Shown: one piece after another, positions 55,507 to 64,000 of the stretch
How the letters are laid out: each line of letters starts with the position of its first letter
Numbering within the stretch: position 1 is the stretch's first letter
Source: the human T2T-CHM13v2.0 reference genome, Homo sapiens
DNA: 64,000 nucleotides
Direction: 5' to 3' (one strand)
Assembly (NCBI RefSeq): GCF_009914755.1
Contig: NC_060928.1
Notes under the pieces: generated by a model
The model's database searches: none
The model's input: the letters and a program-made list of their open reading frames with translations, nothing else
Told to the model about the DNA's origin: nothing
Made by a program: the position numbers and the translations under genes

Positions 55507-57556
55507 TTAAGAGGAATTGCTGGCCAAGGACAACTTTAGCAGGGAGTGTGACTATATACATTTATTTAAAATATACAGGGTAGATGTCGCTATCTACCTA
55601 TTTTTGGTATCTTTCTTACTATAGCATGCTTTTATATCAGGTATTATTAACAAAAGAATGTGGACTGTTAATAGAATATCCTAAAACTACCAAATTTTTA
55701 AAGTTTAGTTAATTACATATAGTAGTAGTAGACTTTCAGTCAACTGCTTTTCAGACAGCATTATAGTAAAGCAGTCATTCATCCGTTACTAACATGTTCT
55801 CCTCTCTTAGCCTTACGCATTTGTTTTCTATGTATTAACTTTTTCTCTAAATTACTATATTTTATCCACACAGTGTTTTCTTAGATTTTTAAAATCTCAG
55901 AAAATAGAATATTCCTAACTTTAATTCATTTATTTGACAGATACTTATTGAGACCTACTAGGTATCAGGCACTGTATCCTTATACAAAGTTATATGTCTT
56001 ATAAATGAGATACGAAAGTCAACTAAAATAGTCTTAGGAAAAACACTTCACCCAGTCAGGGTATGAGGGATGCACAGGTATTTTCCTGTCAGGGAGAAGC
56101 ATTGCAGACAGAAGGGACTGTTTATTGAGGGGTGCCGTGGTCTAGTCAGGTGACTCCAAATAGTTCGGTAACCTGGAGTCCAGACTAAATAAAATACCTC
56201 AGCAGTAAGAACTGTCCAGCTTTGTGCCAGCTCTCCTTCATATGCCCTGTCTAGAATCTTCTGGCCTACACCTTCTCACCTGAGCTTAAATTAAATAAGG
56301 TGGTTGTAACAAACCTCCTTTTAAAAATAAACCTAATTTCTAACAATATCACGTAATTTATCCAAGGCTAAATTCTAGACTGAAGATTGAACCAAAGTCT
56401 GACTGCATCCAAAGCCCCTGCTCCATGTACTGTAGCAGGTCAGTGCCGTTACTTTATGTATTGGATCTGAAGGGCTTTTTGACAGTGGTAGTCATCACAC
56501 TGCCTTCTTATTCTTCCTCCATTGCGCTGGTAAATTCCAGTACATACAGTAAGTAAAATAATGTCTAAAAATATCAAAAAAAAGTTCTCTTTCATGATAT
56601 GGTAATATGACCATCACTGGGTTTCCCTAAAAATATTTAACCTTCCTTAGGGGTTAGTTCCTAAACTATATTCTGTGCAGCACAAATGAATGTTTAGTAT
56701 ATTAGGTGAGTATGACAGCGACACATTTTTCTAAATAGCATTGATAAATTAAGAAAAATAATACACAGGGTATTCACATTTCAAATTATGTCTGGAATTT
56801 AAAACTTATGTTTATAGTTGTATAGTCTTCTAGTTATTTTTTAAATTTTTTAAAATAAAGCAAATTAGTAAACATAATCATAAATTTTAATAAATGTATT
56901 AAATATAAATTTATGAAATTATTTTACCCACATCAGAAACTCACATGAAATTACCTGACACATGTACATGCTTTTTAATCTGTACCATTATTAAATTGTT
57001 TGTCGTCAATTCAAAAATTACTCATCCCAAATTTAGAATATTCAAATTTGATTATATTTTGTACAGCTGAATTTCATGTACCAACAAATTCATCTGTGAG
57101 ACAAGTTTTTGGGTTTACCTTAACGCAAAGGTAGAGGATCATGTCTCTTAAGAATCTACAGGTGTTGCAGCAAAGTAGCATAAATTTGCAAGTGACCTGT
57201 GGTCTAGTAAGTGGCAAATGCTGTTATAGGGTGTTCTACCAGTTACTTAAAAGATGGTGAAAAATGGAACTCAATTAGAGCAAATAATGATTGATTCCTA
57301 AGAGTTTCCTGGTACCAATGAAGTGAATAGTATTAAATCACTATTGAAGTGCCACCATATTGCCCTGCATTGCTATGTAAATTATATTTGTTTGAGGAAC
57401 TCTTTGTTTTATAATTTTCATTGCGCAGTTATCCTTGGTATTTCAGAAAATGGAAATTGTAACTTTACATATGACTCTTGTTTTAAACATGCTTAGCAAT
57501 TGCCGTTGTAGCTGAAGGCAGCAGATCTTTAAACAACTTGTGTTCTTTACCCCCAG

Positions 57557-57679
57557 CAATGCATCTCTTTGGCCTCAACTGGCAGCTACAGCAGACTGAA
57601 AATGACACATTTGAGAATGGAAAAGTGAATTCTGATACCATGCCAACAAACACTGTGTCATTACCTTCTGGAGACAATG
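57557..57679 (+). CDS. TENM3: TENM3 internal coding exon, 123 nt, juxtamembrane extracellular linker; probably exon 6
   Basis: Encodes (A)[40 protein letters not shown](G). Acceptor ttctttacccccag|CA, donor G|gtaagc. G|CA = Ala continues the frame from the previous exon ([12 protein letters not shown], a conserved teneurin motif). Confidence 0.97.
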
Positions 57680-60600
57680 GTAAGCGAAAGAATTATGTAT
57701 CCTGTGTTTCTCTTTTAACATCCCTTTTCCATAAATTTATTTTTACCCATGCTTACATCTAGTTTAGATGGAACAGGGAAAAGTGTTCGAAATTACAGAT
57801 ATCATCTTTTTATAAGTTTTTTTCAATTAATTTACTTGAAAGGTTGAAAATTCACATTTTTATTACAGGAATAATATGATTTTCTGCCTTCTGATTTGAT
57901 GGCTAGGCTTTTCTGCCTTTCCCTTCTGCAGATGTATATTGAGTTTTATTTTTAGTCTGCAAATAGATTATAATTCAGTGTATCATCTCTTGTATTACCT
58001 TGGGTTTATTAGGTTTTCTTCATTCAACTTGCGTGTGGAGTTGGAACACTGTATTAATTTTATTATAAAAGCATTTAAATGCAAAGCACATTAAAGGATT
58101 ATAGTTTATTGACCTTTTCTCTGGTTGCCCTTTCTCTAAACCTTTAAGAATTTGCACTTTGAGCTAACAAAGATTTTGAAATCAATTGGCTCTGAATTAA
58201 AAATGGAATTTAAGTAGTTAGAGAATTCCATTTTTTCAATATAAACACTTAGAAAAGCGTATACATACATATGTACACTTACGTTACAAATAGTTTTATA
58301 TTATTTCTGTGTGTGTGTGTGTGTACATGTCTTGGCCTTGGTATCCTCTGACTTTTTGCAAAATATCATAATACTTTATATCTCAGAGCATCCTGATGAA
58401 GACGCCTTTTTCTGTCATCTGGTTAATAAATTATTTCCCTTTAAGCATTCCCCTAACTCGTCTTCCTCTTTGTTTCTTGTCTAGTATATTGGTGTTCAGC
58501 TTTGGCATTAATATGTCTATCCTCATGTGGCTGGTTTCTTTGCAAGACTGGAAAGAAATTATTCTACATTTAATGAACTTATTATATGTTGCTGTGTCAC
58601 ATGTACCCATTTACTGGGATGAATACTTTGTACACTTTTTTATTCTTTTTTTTCCTAATGATAATACTTTATGACATTCTCTTTCTCCTTAGGGAGGTTG
58701 AGGAATTTTACGACATTCGATTTTTATAATAATAGTGAATCCCCCGCCATATGGAACCTTTTTATATAAAGTTCTGCATGTTCCAGAAGAACTGTAAGCT
58801 GGTGACTGACATGTCACCCACCTAAAGTAGACAGTGGCAGTCACTGTAGAGGGGGTTAAAGAGGGTTGAAACTATAGATTGGGAAATTTTAATTACATAA
58901 ATTTCAATTACCTTTTTTATACATTAATAACATATATAAACAAAATGAGTAACTATACAGAAATTAAGAATATTTATTTTGGTTTGTATTGACTGAAATT
59001 TAGACTGTCTCTTAAAATGCATGGTTCCTGTGAAGATGATCGAATGGTACTTATTAACCATACATGTAGGGAACTTTTTTACAGACTGAAGAAATTGTAA
59101 TTATACCAAAGAGACAAACGCTTATTATGGATATTGTATTTATTTTACAACATCTTAACCTTTTATTATGATTAAAATGAAAATAGAGTTTGGCTAATTA
59201 GTTTCACAGTCCTGAAAAGCATGATACTGAGAAAGCTGTGGATTTAGAGACTCCCACAGCCTGGGTGCTGGGTGCTGGCTGCTGGTATTTTGCCAGGGAA
59301 TACCTCTGCTCACGTCAGCACTCCTCAGCTCACAGAAGCCTATATTCAAATCCTCGCTCTTTCGCCTGTTTACTTTGTAACTTTGGGCGGCGTGCTTGGT
59401 TATTCAGATTTGCAAGAAAATTTTAGGGCAGCTGTGGAATGGGCTGCCTAGGATCCTATCAGTCGCAGAGGTTTGGAAGAAAAAAGAACATCACATGAAT
59501 GTGGCCATATTAATAGAAATCTCCGTAAAGCTGGAGTCCTTGAAAACAGTGGCTTTTAAGCTATTGACCATGACAATGCAATAAGAAATACATGTTACAT
59601 CAAAGCCAACATATACACACACATATACATATGTATCTGAAATATGCTTCCCAAAATAATATTTATCCTTGCCTTGTAAAATGCATCCTGGGATTTTCCA
59701 TTTTATTTTATTGTATTTCTCATTTTTAACAAACGCCACTTGCAACCCACTAAAATAATTTCATACTTTACGAAATATTGTGCTCTGTAATTTCAGAAAT
59801 ACTGCTTTGGTAGCCTCCTTCTCTAAGGGGGACTGAAGTTCCCCCAAGTGATCATAGAATTCAGTTTTATACAGTTCTGTGCACCTTTAGAGCACCTGTA
59901 TATACATATAAGCGAAGTACTTTCTTCCTAGATGTGTAAAAGTCTCCTATATAGGGAATGGTTAACGGAAGCCCCAGAATCAGTTAAGTGCACTAGAGAA
60001 CTGCCAACTGGACTAGGGGATTTGTAGGAATTTCCCTGCATGGAAAAGCTATCTCTCTCTGGGCTCTGACCTTGTCCAAAGAGTGACCTAACTATTAGTT
60101 ACTTGCCTTCTTTATTATTACTTGAATCGCCCCCAAAACCCTAAATTGTAAGGAATTCTTGTTTCTGATTTTCCAAATACAAGTTCTTAATATCTCCTAA
60201 ATATTGTTCTTAAAGACCTGGGGCACAGGGAGTGGACGGGAACTCTATTTACAAGGAGGGAGGTAGCTGCAAACCGCTGCTTTTCGGCTTTCGTGATGAA
60301 CCTCAGTGTCCATGCACCACCACCCACCACCCACTACTTAAATTTTATATGCTATCCAAGAAGCAGATCACATCATCTCTTTAGAAATTCTAGGAGATTA
60401 CAACCCTTGAGAAAGCTTTAGAATTCTGAACAAAGCTCACTAGGAGAATGAACTGTGAAAAGCATAGTGAGAAAATTATTTCACAGCTTCTAAATGTAAT
60501 ACTCTTACTTGTGCAGTCCTATTTTACTCTTATTTTGTAAATATAATTCTAAGGAACAATCATTGTGCTAAGGGTGCAGTAAACTCCCTGCTTGCATTTA

Positions 60601-61019
60601 AGTTAACAGTGAGCCAAAGCTTCTAAATGGTATTTAGTATCTAAAAGAAGGATTTCTGTTATATGCCATCATCCTTTACTGATTATTCCTGAGACCTTCT
60701 TTGCCTACAGATTTTAGAGATGAGTTATCAGAAGCGTAGGGTCTTAGACAAAACTGATGGAAATGGACAAAGTGAATAAAGAGGTAAGAATGAAGTTTGT
60801 AGCTCAAACACTGGTCTCTTTCCAGAAACTAAAATTATTCCCCTGGCCCAAGGAATTCATTTAGCCTAATGTACTGGAAAGAATCACACAGTTCTATACT
60901 CAAATCCTGGCTCCTTCATTTATTTACTTTGTAACCTTCAGCATGTTACTTCACTGACCTCTTTGAGCTTCAATTTCTTCACATGTAAAGAGGGAATAAT
61001 AGTACCTATCTCCTGACTT

Positions 61020-62395
61020 TCCAAATTCAACAGTCGGCAGCCCTAGTATCCCTCTCAAACTTCTCCCCACCATACTTCTCAACAACTATTTCAGATCTTC
61101 CTGCTATACTCAAACCCCTCTCTCAGCAGATGACCCTGCATTCTATTAAAAAAAATAGAAACTTGCAAGGGGAGCTCTCATTTTCTGTAAACACATCTTT
61201 ATTCCTCCACATATGTGGATCTATGCTTCCGCCTTTTCTCCCCATATTCCAGGTTCATCTTTGCGGGGGTCCTCTTGATCCCATTCTCTCTTCAGAATGT
61301 CCTCATTCTACTGATACCATCCAGTCAACATTTGAACATTCCAGTCTCTCACATCTTGGAAAACAATAATCTCTTGACTTTGCCTCCTACTGCCTCTCTC
61401 TTCTACCAGCCTTCTTTTTATTTATTTATTTTATTTGTTTATTTATTTACTTATTTTGAGACAGGGTCTCACTCTGTCGCCCAGGCTGGAATGCAGTGGC
61501 ACAGTCACAGCTTGGCTCACTGCAGCCTTGACCTCCTGGGCTCAAGTGATCCTCCCACCTCAGCCTCCCGAGTAGCTGGGACTACAGGCACATGTCACCA
61601 TGCCTGGCTAATTTTTGTATATTTTGTAGACAGTGTTCCACCGTGTTGCCCAGGCTGCCTTGAACTCCTGAGCTCAAGCAATCCTCCTGCCTCAGCCTCC
61701 CAAAGTGCTAGGATTATTGGCGTGAGCCACCTCGCCCGGTGCTTCCAGCCTTCTTGAACATAGTGTGCTTAGTCACTTTGATCACTTCTCTGCCTTCTGT
61801 TTACCCCCTTACAGTTGGGCTTTCACAGTACCCCTAGCTCATGACTTGTCCTCCTCTACCTTCACCACACACTCATACTTCACTGAAACTGATGTCTCCA
61901 GAGTTACCCATTGCTTTGTCAGTAGCACCAGTGAAACCTCTTTATTCTTTATCATGTTTGAGTTTTTGGAACCATTTAATAGTTAACCTATCCCTCCTGT
62001 TGCAATAGTCTTTCCTTAGCTTCTGTGATACCACATTCACTTTGACTTTCTCCCTGACTGTTTTGGCAATGATGTCTCTGTTTAGTTGACTCACCTCCCG
62101 TCTACCTGATCCCTAAATATTGCTGTTTCTCAGGACTCTGCGCTTGACAATATAATCACTCTGGATTCTGTCACCCACTTTCATGGCTCCAGTTACATTC
62201 TCTGTGCTTCCTAACTCTCAAATCAGTAAGTCCAGCCTAGATGTCTCTCTTCAGCTCCAGATCTCAACTACATATTTTGTAGACAGTGGTGGTAGTAGTA
62301 GACTACATAAAATCTACCCAATTGTCTTTGGAACATTTCCACTTGGGTGTTTTCCATGCATCTTAAACTCCACGTGTCTAAAACAGAACCCATCA
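61020..62395 (+). mobile_element. Degenerate L2 body interrupted by an AluJ
   Basis: Pyrimidine-rich L2-like text (cactgaaactg, ttagcttctgtgataccac, tccagcctaga..tctct, catcttaaactc.ac.tgtctaaaacagaac). Boundaries approximate. Confidence 0.5.
61417..61740 (-). mobile_element. AluJ-like with a (TTTA)n tail
   Basis: Antisense consensus. TSD ccagccttctt at 61406-61416 / 61745-61755. Confidence 0.9.
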
Positions 62396-62400
62396 ACTAC

Positions 62401-62963
62401 TTTGGTTATCTATTACTACATAACAAACCATAACAAAACTCAGTGGCTTAGAAAGCAATGTTATCATCTCTTGTGGTTCAGTGAATTGGCCAGGTACTTC
62501 TTGCGTTCTTACTTAGGACACTGCGATTGCTTTCAGATGTTAACCAAGGTTAACCAAAGGCTCCACTGAGCTGGAAGTCCAGGGTAGCTCACTCACATGG
62601 CTGGCAGTTAATGCCATCTGTTGACCTGAGCTCAACTGTAGTCACCAGCTGGGGCACCTAGACATGGCCTTCCATGTGGCTTGGGCCTCTTAGAACATAG
62701 CAGCTGGTTCTGAAGAGGAATATCCCAAGAGGGAGCATGCCAAGAGCCTGACAGAAACTACCAGCTTTGTATAACCTAGCAGTCGCCATTCTAGGCTTTC
62801 ACTGCCATCACATTCTGCTGGTCAGGAAGTCAGCAAGGTCAGCCAAGATTCCTGGGGAGGGGAATTAAACTCCTCCTCTTGACTAGGGACCTGTTATGCC
62901 ATTGCACAAGGGCACGTGGGATGGAAGATGCTGTTGTGGCCATCTTTGGAAAATACAATTGCC
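62401..62963 (-). mobile_element. MaLR LTR (MLT1F/G-like)
   Basis: gttatctatt.ct.cataacaaacca ... aaaactcagtggctta, cactcacatggctggcagtt and tgtggccatctttggaaaatacaat. Confidence 0.75.
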
Positions 62964-63010
62964 AAGCCATCTTTCTTTCCAAATTTGCCTCTCTTTCAGG
63001 GATTTCTGTA

Positions 63011-63320
63011 CAGTACCTTCCCACATCCCCCCCTCCACAGTTTTGCTTTTTGTGGTTTTAGTTACCTGTAGTCCACTGTGGTCTGAAACTATTAAGATAC
63101 TTTGAGAGAGAGAGAGACAGACCACATTCACTTAACTTTCATTGCAGTATATTGTTATGATTGTTCTATTAGTATCTTTTTCTTGCCTAATTTATAAGCT
63201 ATCATAGGCATGGATGTATAGGAAAAAATATAGTATATATAGGGTTTGATATTATCCACAGTTCCAGGCATCCACTGGGGATCTTGGAACACAGACCCTA
63301 TGGATAAGAAGGGATTCCTA
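63011..63320. mobile_element. MER44A-like Tigger-derived element
   Basis: TA flanks, gagagagac..accacattcac.taacttt.att.cagtatattgttat, and caggcatccactgggg.tcttggaac ... ggataag. Confidence 0.78.
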
Positions 63321-64000
63321 TATTAGGAAATGGCACCGTCGTTCACTTCATCACTGGTCCAGGAGGCCCGGTGACTGCTTCTACTCTCTCATCTCCCGTA
63401 TTTAGTCAGTCTCTAAGTTCCTTCAACTCTGACCCCATAATATCTTTTGAATCCTGTTTTCTCTCAGCTGGATATGGTAGCCTTCTATCTGCGCTGTATG
63501 TCTCCAGTCTTGCTCATCCACTCTTCACACACAAATTTGAGATATCAGTTCCTTGCCTAAGCCCCTTCAGTGACCTAGATTCTAGTCAGAAGCCTTTAAA
63601 TGACTTACAAGGCTCTCCACAGCCTGGCTGTACATCACACCATACTGCAATATAAAAACAATAGCACACAGAGACAAGGAGTGTAGAGTTACGAGCCTCA
63701 CCACCTGATGTGGTGTCCTAGTTCTGATCATTAACGCCTGTGCTACTTGGGACAGGTTATATAGCTTCATTGTGCCTAAGTGGTCTCATCAATTAAAAGG
63801 GACTAATTTACTTCATAGAATGGTCTTTGGTCTTGAATATTCAATGCAAATATACAAAGGTGTAAACATACAATGGTGTATAGTACATAGTAAATGCTTG
63901 AAAAATGTTTATGGTTGTCACTATTACTATTTAATGCATCTCATCTTTACTAGACTATAAGGCAAGGATCCTGTCTGTTCTTTCACTGCTGTATACCAAG

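Noticed and set aside
61215-61757. 180-aa ORF, the longest in the track, and similar ORFs at 884-1159, 1541-1936, 9985-10380, 26657-26980, 43663-43935 and 55185-55454
   Set aside because: They are translations of antisense Alu sequence ([18 protein letters not shown] signatures), not genes.

Overview
Primate (most likely human) genomic DNA, AT-rich and almost entirely intronic. It contains three consecutive + strand coding exons of teneurin-3 (TENM3): 4718-4955, 32443-32681 and 57557-57679. These encode the end of the intracellular domain, the type II transmembrane helix and the first extracellular linker, and are separated by introns of about 27 kb and 25 kb. The introns hold more than 20 Alu copies or fragments, L1/L2/MIR fragments, hAT/Tigger-derived DNA-transposon relics and MaLR LTRs. 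Most ORFs in the supplied track are Alu-derived or chance ORFs. Notable features are: (1) a decayed minus-strand PPDPF processed pseudogene inserted, with a target-site duplication, into the linker of an AluJ; (2) a young L1PA2-type insertion combining a twin-priming 5' inversion with a 36-nt Alu fragment between two poly(A) tracts, inside one 17-bp TSD; (3) a 97-bp-arm inverted repeat that I cannot assign to any transposon, whose mismatches are mostly G:U wobbles on the TENM3 sense strand; (4) an 83-nt pre-miRNA-shaped hairpin; and (5) several perfect palindromes. I see no evidence of a novel multi-gene system. The best leads are RNA-structure elements and retrotransposition oddities. Gene and repeat-family names are from memory of known sequences and were not database-checked.
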